A program made the translations under genes and the position numbers. Under the pieces are notes generated by a model that saw only the letters and a list, made by a program, of their open reading frames with translations, made no database searches and was not told where the DNA came from. A DNA stretch of 64,000 bases from Paecilomyces variotii (lineage: Eukaryota). Shown one piece after another: positions 1 through 15,108 of this stretch. The stretch lies in NCBI GenBank assembly GCA_004022145.1, contig RCNU01000001.1. One strand, 5' to 3'. The first letter of the stretch is position 1. Each line of letters opens with the position of its first letter.

Positions 1-2116
1 AGAGCTATAGAGATATTACGCAAATATATAGAATATAGTTTATCTAATAGCTATATAGGTTCTATTATAAAATCGGCTAGGTCTGCTGTATTAATTTGCT
101 ATTTCTAGAAAGTAGAATATTTTATTAATATTAAGGCAAACTTAAGAAAGTCTTTAATAGTATTATAAAATATAAATTAATCTATTACTTATAATATAGG
201 AAATATAAATTATTTTATTTAAGGAGAAGATATTTATAGCTTAATCTAAAATACTTTAATATAGGCTAATAAAATATATTTTAAAGAGTTATATCCCGGG
301 TAATAGAATAAGATAAAATTAATAAGATTAATAATTTTACAGTTAAACTAATCCTTAAATTAAGAAATTATTATTTAAAATGCTGCTAGATTATATATAA
401 GCTTTAATATCTTTTTAAATAGTATAGGGAGATATTAGCTTTAATCTATTTTCTCTAAAGACTAGCTTATTATAAAGGCTTAATCTTAGCTTTTTTAAGT
501 AAGATATCTAGTAAAAGAGACTAAAGCCAGATTATAATAATACTAGAGATAAAAATAATAAAACTAATAATATAATATAGGATTCTAATAAAAAAAGTAA
601 GGCTTTAAATATAAGTATTCTTAGTTAACCTATAATATCCCTAGGTATAGGATATATAAAATAACTTAATATAAATAATTTAATAATAGACGCTAAATTA
701 GGACTAATAGAGATAAAGCTTAATAATATTAAAATAAATCTTAATAAAAAGAGATATAGAGGATAAGTAATATAAAGACTTTTAATAATAATAGATAACT
801 TTATATATAATAGAGAAAAGACTATAGATAACCTGTTAGCATTAAAAGCTAGCTTAAGATAATAATTAAATAATATAATAAATTACTATAATAGTTTTTA
901 AGATACTCTTAATAATAGTTAGATCCTAAATAATCTTAATATACTACTAAATTATTATAGTATAGGGGATAAAGAAGTTATCTTTTTATTAGCTATATAA
1001 GGAAATAATTATATAGCTAAGTTATTAGCCTGAGGCTTCTATACCTTGTATTTTTATACTCTATTAAGATAGCAGGCAGGCGACGCTAAGGTAGTATTAT
1101 ACGCCCATGTCTATGTTAATTATATTACTAGATCTTTAATAAAATAATACTAAATTTTTAGTTATATTAATTAAAGTAATCTGCTCTACTTAATATATAA
1201 TTCTTTTTTTAATATTGCTGTTATAGGAGCTAAAGATCTTTTATTTTATACTATTTACTAATAGATTAAAATTATTAAATAGGTTTTATAAAGGCCTATG
1301 CCTAGAGCTATAGTATCTGCTAAATATCTTTATATTAATATTATTAGTAGCGGGCGTATATTAGATTATAAAACAGATAAAGACCTCCCCAGCTATATTA
1401 AAATAAGATATATATTATTAATTATAGATAACGCTACTCGCTATAGGTAGATATATCTTATAATAGACAGAGCCTATATTTTATCTTTTATTAATAATTT
1501 AATATATTAATTAAATACAGAGAGTTTTATAGTTATATATATTTAATTAAATAATAAGCTCTATACTAAAGCTTTAAATACTTTTTTTAAAATACTAGGC
1601 ATTGCCTATAAACCTATAGCTACTTATATACTTTAGTAAAATAGTATAAGCAAATGCTTTATAAGGACTATTATAGAGCGAGCTTAAGCTATAATAATTA
1701 ACTCTAGCTTAAAGTACTTCTTTTAGCTATATATTATCTAGTATAGTATATATATTATAAACTAAATCCCTACTTTAATTCTATTATTCTATAACTATAT
1801 TTTAGGAGCTATATCTTATAGTAGCAATATTAAGCCTATTAAATAATATATCCTAGCTTAAGCTTAAAGGAATACTCTTATTATAGCTTTATATCTATAC
1901 TAATTTAGAGCTTTAATATATTATTTACTAATTAACCCTAAAGCTTTATTAAGTAAGCTTCTTTTAAAGGATAAACTAGCCCTTTTTTTTAGTATATCTA
2001 ATAAAAATAATATACTATTATTAGATACTGCTACTAAAATAATAATATAGATTCTATATTTTTATATAAATAATATTACTGCGCTGGCGAAGCTCAGCCT
2101 TAAGCTTTATAAGCTG

Positions 2117-2487
2117 TGTAAAGAGCTGGGGTAAAGAAGCTCTTTATCGGAGGTAACTAGTTAGACTAGTTAAACAGAATATAAGATAAGAAGTAGAGAT
2201 ATAAGTAAGTAGCTGTCTATGCATAGTAGAGTTAAAAGTTAGATTTAATAGTAATTAGAATAAATTACTAATTTATTTAACTTCTATTCTTTTAGAGGTT
2301 ATTTATCTATTTATTTATTCTATTAGGTTATCTAGATAATTTAGTTTTAATAGCTTTATTTATAACTAGCTAATCTAACTATTATATATAGATCTAGTTA
2401 TCTTATTATCTTTTATTATCTATCTTAGGTTATCTATCTTAGGTCTTAGTAGGTCTAGATTAAGTATTATAGCCTTAGTTTATAATA
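2117..2487 (-). repeat. 3' LTR of element B (371 bp)
   Basis: Starts tgtaaagagc and ends tttataata. Colinear with 15109-15479; the differences I inspected are transitions. Confidence 0.93.
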
Positions 2488-5400
2488 GTATCTTCCCCTA
2501 TTAAAAGGCTTATCCTAAGCTGTATAAAGTTTATTATATAGATATAGATATTTTAGGTATAGCTATAGTAATAGTAATAAATTACTATTAAGATATGCTT
2601 ATTATATGAATTTATCTAATATTAGCTTTATTTTAATATTTTTACCTAGAAGATTAGGAGTATTTCTATTTTTTACTAACTAACTCCTGTCCTCCTGTCT
2701 ATATATTAAACTATTCTTTTCTTATTTCTATAGCTTATTTAGTGCTATATTTAATAGTTTAAATATAGAAATAGCTAATATTTATACAGGTATATTAAAA
2801 ATAGGATTTTTAAGTTATTTCCTTTATAGGTTCTGCGTATATGCTTAATATAAATTATAACCCTTTAGGTTTATATAATAGTGCTAATTAATATAGTAAT
2901 ATCTCTTAAGCGCTTTAAGTATATTTTATTTTTTCTAGGCCCTTTTAATAAGGCCCTTATAGTTAGCCTTAAGCTATTATAGCTATTAATTAAAGATTAT
3001 TTACTTAGTTATTAGCTTATAGATAATAAATAGCTTAATAAGCTATTTTCTCCCCCTATATCTTTAACTGCTAATATAATATTAGAATTAATAACTCTTT
3101 CTTTATAAATTATTTTATTTATTGCTATTAATAATAATAGTAAAATTTTTATTAAGAGTATTTATAGAGAACCTTTTAATAGAGGAGTATCTTCTATTTA
3201 AAATATATAGAGATTAGTTTATATTTAGTAATATAGTTTCTCCTATATATAAAAAAATATAGGCTAATCTATTATATTCTCTTTAAAGATTAAAATATAG
3301 TTATAATAATATTGCTCTTATTATACCTATAATAGAAAAAACTCTTACTTAGCTAACTAAGAAACTATAAAAGAAATTAAAGGTAAAAAAGGTCCTTAAT
3401 ATAGAGATTTAGGGAATTTAAAATACTATTATAACTTTTATTCCTAAAATTAAGGCTATTATTAAGATATTTCCTCCTTAAATTAATCTAGCTCTTATTA
3501 AGATAATAATATTAATTATTATTACTGATATTAATATAATAGTAAATTATTTTATTACCTTTAAGGCAGACCTTATTATAAATTCTTTTAGCCTAGAGAG
3601 TTTAATTAAAGACTTTCCTTTTATCTTATAAAAGATATATTTTTATTATTTAAAGGCCCTAATATAGGATTTTAAGTAATAGTATATTTATTCTTATATT
3701 AATGTAAAATATTTCTATTATAAGGGCCTTTATAAATTATATATTCTTATACTGCCAGTATATAAAGCTAAATTAATTTATATTTAAAGTCTTAGCTAAA
3801 AGGCTTATTTTTTAAGTAATTTAGAGTCTTATAATAAGGCTGTAAATATATATATCTCCTTTATAGAGGTATATATATAGAAATCTATATCTAAAACTAT
3901 TAGATGCTAGCTTAATACTGCTATTATCTTATTAACCCTATTATATTTTAAATTAGAGTTATTATATCTCCTTTAGAAGTTATATTAAATAATTTATTTA
4001 TTAAACCGCAATATCTTATATATAGCAAATATATTTGCCTAATTATAAAAACTGCCTCTATTCTCTAATAAGGAGAAGGAAGATATTATTAAGAGGTTTT
4101 ATAATAGTAAAATAGCTAAATAGAATAATTTTATAAGCTTATATTTAAAGCCTTAGCCGGGGCTAGCTTAGTTAAATTAAATTATTTTTATTAGAATTCC
4201 TTTCTTCTATATTCTTTTTAAAACTCTTAAACCCTATAAGAAAATTAGAGAAAGAGTAATATATATAGCAATATATTTAATAATAGTTAAAAATCTAATA
4301 AAAGAAAAGTACTATTATTTATTTATTTTACTTTACTTTTTATTTTATAGCTCTCTTTTATTTTATCTTTATTTAAATAGTTTACTTATATTAAGAGCCT
4401 TATTAAGGTTCTTATTATAATACTCCTCTAAAGCTTTTATTATATATATAAAATCTTCTAATATCTACTATAAGTTCTTATATAAAAGATATTCTTTTTA
4501 TTTTATTAAGAACTGTTTTTTTTTATAAAAGGTTTATTTATTAAGGATTTTTTTTATCTCCTATTTTTATTCTCTATTAATAAAAACTAGATTTAGCTGT
4601 TTAAGTTCTATACCTTTTTATTAATTATAGGGCTCTAGCAGGGAGATATAGAATATAAGATATATCTTACCTAGGCTCTTTAGCAGTTATATTTAGTATA
4701 CTTACTTTCTAATTATTTTAATTACTTTATAGGGTCTAAAAAATTAATAGTCTAATTTCTTATTAGATTAATTAGTTTATAGATTCTTTATTAATAGAAG
4801 AACTTAATCCCTAATTTTATATAATTTAGGCGTATACTTCTTATTATAGTATTTTACTTATACCTTAATAATATATTATAAGTGCTTTTCTAACTTTACC
4901 TTAATATCTACTAATTCTTTAAGTTGTTTTTTAATAGCAGGAATATTTAATCTTATTCTTATATTATATTTATCTTAGCTATTAAGATTAAATCTATAAA
5001 GGGCCTTAAATAGCAAGTAATTAATAGTAAAATACTTTATATTATTATAGGTATACTCCGCTATACCTAATAATAATACCTAATTATTTTAATAATAATT
5101 TATATATACTCTTAGATAATACTCTAAGGTCTAATTTTAGCGCTTTATCTGTCTATTTATTTATAAATAAAAAGCAGTGCTTATTAATTATATAATTTAT
5201 ATATACTAATAAAGCTCGGTCTAGTATTTATTAGTAAATACTAATCCCCTATTTAAAATAATTAATATTAGGAGACTAAACTAGTAATATACCCTTTCTA
5301 TAATTAGATTAGCTAAGTCTTCTACAATAATTATTTCTTAGATTAAGATATATAAAGCTATCTTAAAGTATTAGTCTATAACTATTAAGATTATATTATA

Positions 5401-8020
5401 TTTAACTCTCTATTAAGTTAATAATAGCAGTCTAATAATAAAGTCTATTAATATACTCTATTAAGGTCTTTCTACTATAAATAATAAGCTTAACTGCCTA
5501 TATAGCTTATATTTAGGAATTTAATTCCTTTTATAGATATTATAGGTTTTAATATATCTTTATATATTATTCTATATACCTAGCTAATAAAACTTTTATT
5601 TAAATAGCTCTTTTATAGTTTTAACTTTTTAATAGCTAGTATATAAATTATTATAATAAATTTATAGCAATTCTTATTTTAATAAATATTTATTTAAGAT
5701 ATAAATTTAATCCTATCTTTATAGCAGACTCTTACTATTTATAGTTTATTTAAAGCTTCTAGATTAATTAGTCTCTAAACTATTAATCTTTTCTAATATA
5801 AAAGTATTTCTCTACTAGAGCTGCCTAAGCAACTTTAAAAGATTAAGCTTTAAAGAATCTTAGATTATCTCCCTATTAATAACTTTTAATATTAATAATC
5901 TTAATAATAAATATTTACAACTACCTATACTATCTTTTTTATTTAAAATATATAGTTTTAGTTTCTTCTATAAGATAAATAATAGTCTAATCTCCTACTC
6001 TTTCTCTAAGGGTTTATAATTTAATTTTTAAGATAGTATATTAATTATATTTAAATAATCTAGCTTATATTTAATATAAAAGTTATAGCTTGCTAATAGC
6101 TTCGCCTATTTTACTTACTTATTATTTAAAGTCTTTATTATAAAGAAGTAATATAGGTTTATATAGTTAATCTATATTTAAATAAGGTATTTACTGCTAT
6201 CTAAATAATATCTTTAATGCTTAAAAGCTTTAACTATTACTAATAGTTTTTAATTATATACTTTATATTAATATTTAATTTTAATAAATTTCTTTAAGAA
6301 GTATATAACTAGATACTACTACTTTATTATCTTATTTATAAGCTATAATAGAATAGCAGCTAAAGTAAATCTTAAGATATTTATAGCTACTATAATTAGC
6401 TTCTTTAAATTATAATACTATAATACTAGCAGTTTAATAAATATAATCTTTAAATCTTTAAATATTTTCTATATTTTAAGTATTTATTCTAATAGGCCTA
6501 TCTTTTTACTATACTTACTGCCCTTAAATAAATCTATTAATAATATTATAATAGAAGAGTAATTATAGATAAATCTCTTAAAAAAACTTATAAATCTTAA
6601 AAAGATCTAAATATTATAAAAGATCTTTAATATAGGTTAATTATAAATTGTTTTAATTCTAGAGGGATTTATTTTAATTTTATCTTATCCTATAATAAAT
6701 CTGAGAAAGGAGACTTCTTCCTTATAGAATTTGTATTTACTTAGCTTTATATATAAATTATACTTATAAAGTCTTTTTAGCACTTTAGAGATATACTATT
6801 TATATTTTTTCTTATCTATTAAGAAGATTAAAATATTATCTAGATATATAATATAGCAGATATTTAATAGGCCCCTAAGTATTATATTAATATAGGCTTA
6901 AAATATAGCTAGAGTATTATATAATTTAAACAGTATAATAAGATATTTAAAATAGCTATATTAAGTTCTAAATGCTATCTTCTATTTATCTCTCCTTTAT
7001 ATATATATTTTATAATAGGCTTTTTAGAGGTTAAGTTTTATAAAAAATCTTATACCTATTAATTAATCTAGTATCTTATCTATCTATAGCAATAGATAGT
7101 AATTTTTAATTATTTAAGCATTTAGTCCTTAATAATTAATATATAAGCATAATTTATTATCTTTTTTAGAGATAAAGATAATTAGTAATCCGGCTGGGCT
7201 AGTTAAAGCCTAAATCTAACCCTATTATTATATATCTTCTAAATATTTTTATAGTATATTTAGTTTTCTAGCAAAATATAAGTATAGAGGCCTCTATAGC
7301 AGTATCTTATTATTAATTAACTTTATTATATAGGTCTTAGTATCTTCTAGCAGGGGTAATATTTTAGCTCCTTCTTTTAAGAAGATATTTTAGAATTATA
7401 TATAATATAGAAGAAGTTAAATTTCTTCTTTATCTATTTTAATATATTCCTTTTATATATAATAGATCGGTTAATTTTATACTATCTCTATAAATACTTA
7501 TAGGGTTTAAATCTTAATCTAGGGTAAAGCCTCTTACTAATATCTTTAAGTTAAATATCTTTAATCTATAATAGGATTGTTATAGTATAACTATAATAAT
7601 CTTAATATTATATTCTAATTCTTTCTAATTATATTAAGTTTTTATATAGAAATAATTTAGAAGTTAATTTTATATTATTCTATTTTCCCCTCTAAATCTT
7701 TTACCTTAATAGTAATTAAGAAATAGCTATAAATTAATATTGTTTAGTCTTTTATCTATAAGATATATCTAACTAGCTTTTAAGGAAACCCTTTATATCT
7801 ATAATATAGTAAAAAATTACAGTTAATAAAATTAGTATATGCTTAAGAGTTAAGAAGTATATTTATTTTTATAGTATAACTCTTAATTAATATACCTATT
7901 AAAGTTATAAATTTTAGCTCTGCGCCTTTAAGTTATTAAAGTACTCTAAGCTTAATGCCTTTATTCTTTAGGGAATTAGAGTCTTTTGCAGTCTTCTTAA
8001 GATATTATTTACTAATATAT

Positions 8021-8275
8021 TATTATAGTGCTAGTATAGAAGATAGAGATCTACCGGCTAATACTTATATAAGGTATTATATAACCTCGCGAAGATATCT
8101 TCAGTGCATAGCTTAATCTGAATTTAAGCTCTTTAAGCTATATCTTATTTATTAAGCCTGCCTGTAATAGCCTGTTCTAATTTAAATTAACTAGATAAAG
8201 ATTCTATAGCTAATTCTAATATTAACTTCCTTATTCTATTTATTCTAACCCGCTTCTTAAGCCTATATTTTAATA
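8021..8275 (+). repeat. 5' LTR of element C (255 bp)
   Basis: Ungapped match to 13721-13975 with transition differences. Confidence 0.95.
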
Positions 8276-11200
8276 CTATATAGCTTTTATCTAGGAGTTA
8301 ATATTATTAATAATACCTGCTTTAATTCCCCTATTCTTATTAATAACTCTAAGAGAGTTTATTAAATATATTACTGCTAGCTATAGGCTAAAATAATATA
8401 ATTATTATTACCTAATATATAAATATATTGTTAGAGCTAAGTTATCTATAAATAAAGCTAGCTAATATATTAAATAAATTAAAATAAAATTTTAAAAACT
8501 TTAGTAGGAGTTCGCGGCTATATAATAGAGATTTAAATAAAAAAATATTAACTTTAAGGCCGTTTAATAATATTAGGAAATATAGCTTAATAAAAAGAAA
8601 TAATAATATATTTGGGCTATTATTAAGAGAGACTAAGCTTATTATATAGCTACTCCTATTATAAATATACCTATATTTATATTTAAATCTAAGCTTAATA
8701 TTAAAAGGCCTGCAGCTGCTCTAATAAAAATATCTAAGATATTTATTATTATATTTTTCTTTACCCTTAAATTTTTAGAGAGACTCTTTAATTTTAATAA
8801 ATTTAAAAGCAATTAAAAGAATCTTTAATACTTTATAGCCTAAATCTAGGGGAAGATAATAATTAATTAAGACTAATTCTTAACCTCCTAGAGCTATATA
8901 GCCTATATAACTAATTATTTAAAAGATACGCCCTATACTTAAATATTGCTATATATTAGAGATAGGACCTATATTCTTAGCAATTATTAAGAGATTCTAG
9001 ATATCCTAGAGTATATATTTAATAATTCTAATTATATAAATAATATATATAGTAAATTGTTTAATCTCTATTAGACTAATAAAAAATTTAAAATCTTTTT
9101 TATTAAGTTCTAACGCCTAGTACTAGAAGAAAAAATATTTAAAAAAATATTATCTACTCTATTAAAGTAAACTATTAGTTAAAAATTTTAAGGAATATTA
9201 TTATATAGCTAGCCCCTAAGTTATAAATATTATTAATTTATTAAATTCTTATAAGACCTTAAGAACTATTATTATTAATATATTATAAACTAGCCTCTTA
9301 TTATAAAGACTTATATTACTATTTTAAAACCTATTTAATATATTTAATCTCTCTTATTTACTCTAAGTTCTACCCTAGCTATAAAATATAATAGTTAGCC
9401 TTAGAGAAGCTTTGTATAAAAAAATAAACTAGCCCTAATATAACTATATAATTTAATAGATTTAAGTATTTCTAGACGCCTAAATAAAAGAGAATATAGC
9501 TTATTATATTATAAAACTAATACCTGTTTCTAATATAGCTCTCTAAAATATTATATTAAAAATTACTTATATTTAGATAATTGCTAGAAGATCTAGATTA
9601 TAGCTATATATAAACTCTGTCTTTAAACTCCTTAGGTAATCTAGTTCTTAAATTTATATAATTTATCCTTTAGCTAGTTTTTAGTAAAAGGAATAAGCTT
9701 AAAATAAATTATAGCTAGGCTTAAGAATTATATATTATCTAAATCTCTACTGCTATTATTTATAGAATTAATCTTAAGAAATATTTATAATAATTAAAAT
9801 TAATAATACTGCCTATAATATTAGAAAAGAAGAAGAAGAAGATTTATTTATTAATTTATGCCCTACTTAATACTAGAGCTAAAAGATAAAGATTTATAAA
9901 TTAAAAATAGGCTAAAGATTAGAAATTAGAGCTTATCTCCCTAAAGAGCCCAATTATCTTATATATATTTAATAGAAGAGAACTAGAGGATAAGAAAATT
10001 ATATACTATATCTAGATAAATATAAGAATTAAGGATTATTTTAAGAAAGATATTAAATTTTATATTATTTAACTAATATACTATCTTATTATCTTAGGAC
10101 TCTTCTAATTAAAGCACTATAACCTATATCTATAATTTATTACCTATAATATTGCTTTTAATAATAATTATTATTAAAAGAATTATAATATATTTCTAAA
10201 GCTAATTAAAATATTTGCTTTATATAATATTCTCCTAAAGGCTTTGCCTTAATATCTGCCCTTAAGACTTAGAGGACTAAAAAAGAGAAATATAGCTTTT
10301 ATTTTTTTAGCCGCTTATTTTATCTATATTTAAAGAAATATTTAAATATTTATAATTACTTTAGAGGACTTAGATATTACTTTAAGGATTAAATAAGTTT
10401 AGGAAAAAGACTTTATTTACTTACTGCCTAAGAAGTTTAAGAATTATACTAATATCTTTTTTTTTAAGGAGGCTAAGCGCCTGTTATTATACTATTCTTA
10501 TAACTATAATATTAAGCTATTAAAGGAGAAGTTACTCCCCTTTAAACCCCTATATACTATATCTTAAAATAAATTAAAGGTCCTAAAAGAATAGATTAAA
10601 AAAAACTTAAAAAAGGGATTTATCCGCCTAAGCTTATTACCTGCTATATTTCTAATTTTATTTATTAAGAAGCCTAGTAGAGAAATATAGATCTATATAA
10701 ATTATTAAGCCCTAAATATAATAACTATTAAAAATTAATACCCCCTGCTCTTAACTAAGGAGACCCTAAATAATTTAAAAGAAATAAAGTATTTTATAAA
10801 GATTAATATTATTTCTGTATTTAATAACTTTTATATTAAAAAAGAATAAGAATACTTAATTACCTTTTATACTTAACTTAGCCTATTTAAATTATTAATA
10901 ATACTATTTAGCTTAATAGAAATACTAGTAATATTTTAATAGTTTATTAATAATACCCTATAAAATTATCTTAATATCTTTTATATTATATATCTTAATA
11001 ATATTCTAGTATATAATATAATCTGTTTTAAATATATTTAATATATCTGCGCTATTTTATAGAAGCTATATAAAATAGGCCTATATATAAAGATCTAGAA
11101 GTATAAGTTTATTATCTCTAAGATTAAATTTTTAAGCATTATTATTAGCCAGGACTATATTAAGATAAACCTAAATAAGGTAAAAATAATTACTAAATAG

Positions 11201-13720
11201 AAGACTTTAATCTATATAATTAATATATAAGCTTTTATTAGGTTCAGCAACTTTTATTATTAATTTATTTATAATTTTTTTAAAATAATTATACTGCTTA
11301 TAAGCTTAATTTAGAAAGGAGTTCTCTTTAATTAGATACTTGCCTATTAGTCTAGTTTTAAAGCCCTAAAAGAAATATTTATTTAAGCCCTAATTTTAAA
11401 GCTATTTAATTAGACCTGCGAGGTTATAGTTAAAACTAACTTATCTAACTATATATTAGCTAGAGTTATGTCCTAGTATAATAATAAAGAAATCTTGTAT
11501 TTTATTATATTTTTCTTAAAGAAGCTCTTTGCTATAAAATATAATTATAAGATTTATAATAAAAAACTGCTAGTAATTATCTGCTATTTTAAGGAATAAT
11601 ATCCTAAGCTTAAAGATATACTATTACTAATTAAAGTTATTATAAACTATTATAATCTAAAATATTTTATATTAATTAAGTTACTAAACTAATAATAGGC
11701 TTATTAGTTTAAGTTTCTATCCTAGTTTAATTTCTAAATTATATACTAACCTAGAAAGTAAGAAATAAAGCTTAATACTTTAATTAGGAGGTTAGAAGAT
11801 CTCTTTAAGGAGGGGGATAAATAGCTATAATATTAGAGCCAGATAGTCTTAAAAAAGGAGAATCTTAACCTATAGATTTAAAGATCCCTAAAATTAAAAG
11901 CTATTATTAGGAGTTAAATAGTAAGGTATATTTATTTTGCTAATTTAATAGCTTAAGAGGTTAGAAATTCTGCTAAACTTATAGGAATATTTACTTAATC
12001 TGTTTTAAGATATTAATCTATTTAGCCTAAAGAATCTATTTAGTCTATCTTACTATCTAATTAATTTATTAAGATTATTTAACTTATTAAGGAGATAATT
12101 TAGTCTATTAAAGAGACTATTTAGCCTATTAAAAAAATAGCCTAGCTTATTAAGTAAGACTAACTGAGTTCCCCTATTATACTTAATAAATTAGAGTATT
12201 TATCTAATATTAAAGATCTATTAGATATAGCTTACTTATTTAATAACTTAATATAGTTTATTCTATAAGCCTTAGATTATAAAGCTAACTATTATCCTAA
12301 GATTATACTAGCTAATTATTAGTAAAAAGGAAGATATCTATACTATAAAGACTATCTATATATTTCTAATTATAATAAGCTAAGAGCCTATTTATTATAA
12401 AAATACTATAATAAGTATATACTTAAATACTTTAAAAAATATAAGCTTTATAACCTAATCTTATAAGAATATTATTAGCTAAATATATACTAATATATAA
12501 ATTGCTAGATCTAGAATTGCTATATTTACTATTATATTATATTCTTAAATAAAGGCTATTAAAAAGTTTTATACTAGCTCCCTATTTCTAAATACTTTTA
12601 GTAAAATATCTTAATAGATTTTATTACTAGATTTATATCTTACTAAGGTTATAATGCTATATTAGTTATTATAGATTAATTTATAAAGATAAAGTACTTT
12701 ATTCTTTACTAGGCTATTTATAATATTAAAAGAGTAGTATAATTATATATCTGCTATATATAGAAGCTTTATAGGCTATTAAAGACTATAATATTTAATT
12801 AAGGCCCCTAATTTATTACTGCTTTTTAAAAATACTTAACTTAATATTTAGATATTATAAACCTACTATCTACTATTTATTATCTTAAGATTAATAATTA
12901 AATTAAAAGGATAAATGCTATCTTAAAATAATATTTATGCATTTATATTAGCTATTTATAAGATAATTAGGTTAACTAGCTATTTCTAGCTAAGTTTATA
13001 TTAAATTCCTATTATTCTGAGATTATTAGAGTATTACCTTTTTTTACTAATTATAGGTTCTATCTATATATAAGATTTAAGCCTATTTAGCCTATAAACT
13101 AGCCTGCTATTAGAGATACTAAAACCTTTATTAAAAAGATATAAAATATTATAGATTATATCTATATTTAAATTTATACCGCTTAAGCCTATTATAAAGA
13201 GTAGATTAACTGCTATTAAACCTTAGCCTACTACTATTATATAAGATAGTCTATTTAATTAAATACTTAAAATATCTGTACCTAGCGCCCTTAGAAGAAA
13301 TTTAATTAAAAGAATCTTAGCCTATTCTATATTACTAAGATTATTAGCCTATATACTTATTAGCTTAACTTGCCTATCTTAATATATATCTATTCTATAT
13401 TTAATATTAGCTTACTTTATTTTATTACTAAAGATTCTATACCTAAATAAAAATAATCTTTATTACTACTTATTAAAGTTAATAGCCTTAAAGAATAGGT
13501 TATTAAAAATATCCTAAACTTTTAATAAGAATACTATAGGTATAAAGGCCCTTAACTATAATATACTATTAAATAGATAGATTATAATAACTTAATTAAA
13601 GAGCCTATATATTATCTATAATATGCTTAAAAAATTATTATTAATTTTTATTACTGCTATTTAAATAAGCTAAAGCTAGAAAATAGTCTTAATAAAATTT
13701 AACCCTAAGAAGGGGAGTAT

Positions 13721-13975
13721 TATTATAATACTAGTATAGGAGATAAAGATCTATTAGCTAATGCTTATATAAGGTATTATATAATTTTACAAAGATATCT
13801 TTAGCGCATAGCTTAATTTAAATTTAAGCTTTTTAAGCTATATTTTATTTACTAAGCTTACCTGTAATAGCCTATTCTAATCTAAATTAGCTAGATAAAG
13901 ATCTTATAGCTAGTTTTAGTATTAACTTCCTTATTCTATTTATTCTAACCCGCTTCCTGAGCCCGCACCTTAATA
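13721..13975 (+). repeat. 3' LTR of element C (255 bp)
   Basis: Follows the PPT and is followed by the TATAT TSD. Confidence 0.95.
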
Positions 13976-15108
13976 TATATCTGTTTTTTTTATAATTAAA
14001 ATATTACCCTTTTTTTATTAATTGTTCTTACTCTTCTAAAGTTTTAAACTTTTTTAGTTTATATTCTGAATAAGTCTTTATAAAGGTTAACTAAGATAAT
14101 TTATTTTTTTGCTTATCTCTTATATATAGATAGAATTAGTCCTTCTCCCTTATATAAGGGTAGAATTATTTTTTTTTTTATAGTCTTTTAATTAGGTTTT
14201 AATAGAGTCTTAAGGGCTTTATTTAATAATTATAGCTTCTAAAGCTAGTTGTAATAAATTAGTTAAAATATATATATACTTAAATAACTAGTTCTGTATA
14301 TCTTCCTATAATATAGAGAAGAAAGTTTAGCTCTAGATATTATTTTTTAAAGCTAATTTAGCTTTATAAAGCTTAAATTTATTAAGAAATTCTTAAGCAA
14401 TTTATCCTAGCTATTGCTTTAGCCTTTAGAATTATATAATAACTGTCTAGGGTCTAAATTTTAAGTCTTTAAAATAATCTAATAGCTACTGCTAAAATCT
14501 CTGTTATAAAATTATAGCTAAAGCAGGGGGTCTATAACTTTAAGCTATTCTATAGTTATCTGAAAGTAATATAGTAGTATAGTTTACCTTATTTACTTTA
14601 ATTACAAATATTAATATATTATAGGTAAAGTATTAGTCTATATAATAGCATTAACAGTAGTAAGCATTTAAATCCTTAGCTTAATATTAATAAGGTTTAG
14701 GCAGTTTAGTAATAGATCTAGATTTAGGAGTTATATTAATTTATTTTATTAACTCTATAACTATAGCTATATTTATCTTTTCTAATAGTCCTTAAATTAT
14801 ATCTTATAGAGCTTTTATTACTGTGTTATTAACTTAATATAATATATCTAGCGAGGTAGTAGGTCCGGTATTAATAATATTTAATTCTAATTAAATATTA
14901 GGGGCTATAATATTTTCTAGATTAGTTAGATCTTTTAGATCTATAGTAATTACTAGTCCGAGCTAAATGCTAGGTTTTAAACTATATTTAGGTTTAGATT
15001 TAAACCGCACAGGTCTTAGGTTATTTACAGATTCTCTATATTAATCTCTAATACTACTTCTTAATATCTTTTCTCTTCTTAATATATTATTAGTTAAGCA
15101 ATTTAAAC

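Larger units (their letters stand above)
8021..13975 (+). mobile_element. Ty3/gypsy chromovirus relic (element C), full length (5955 bp), RIP-mutated
   Basis: 255-bp LTRs offset by exactly 5700 bp, TSD TATAT (8016-8020 and 13976-13980), PPT aagaaggggagtat (13707-13720). De-RIPed motifs: protease 'YALLDTGA' ~9857, RT 'YLDDIL' 10991, RNase H 'VETDSSDY' and 'NYEIYDKELLAII' ~11428-11580, integrase 'ISMDFIT', 'SDRGPQF' and 'STAYHP.TDGQTER' ~12608-12910, chromodomain ~13495-13610. Confidence 0.95.
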
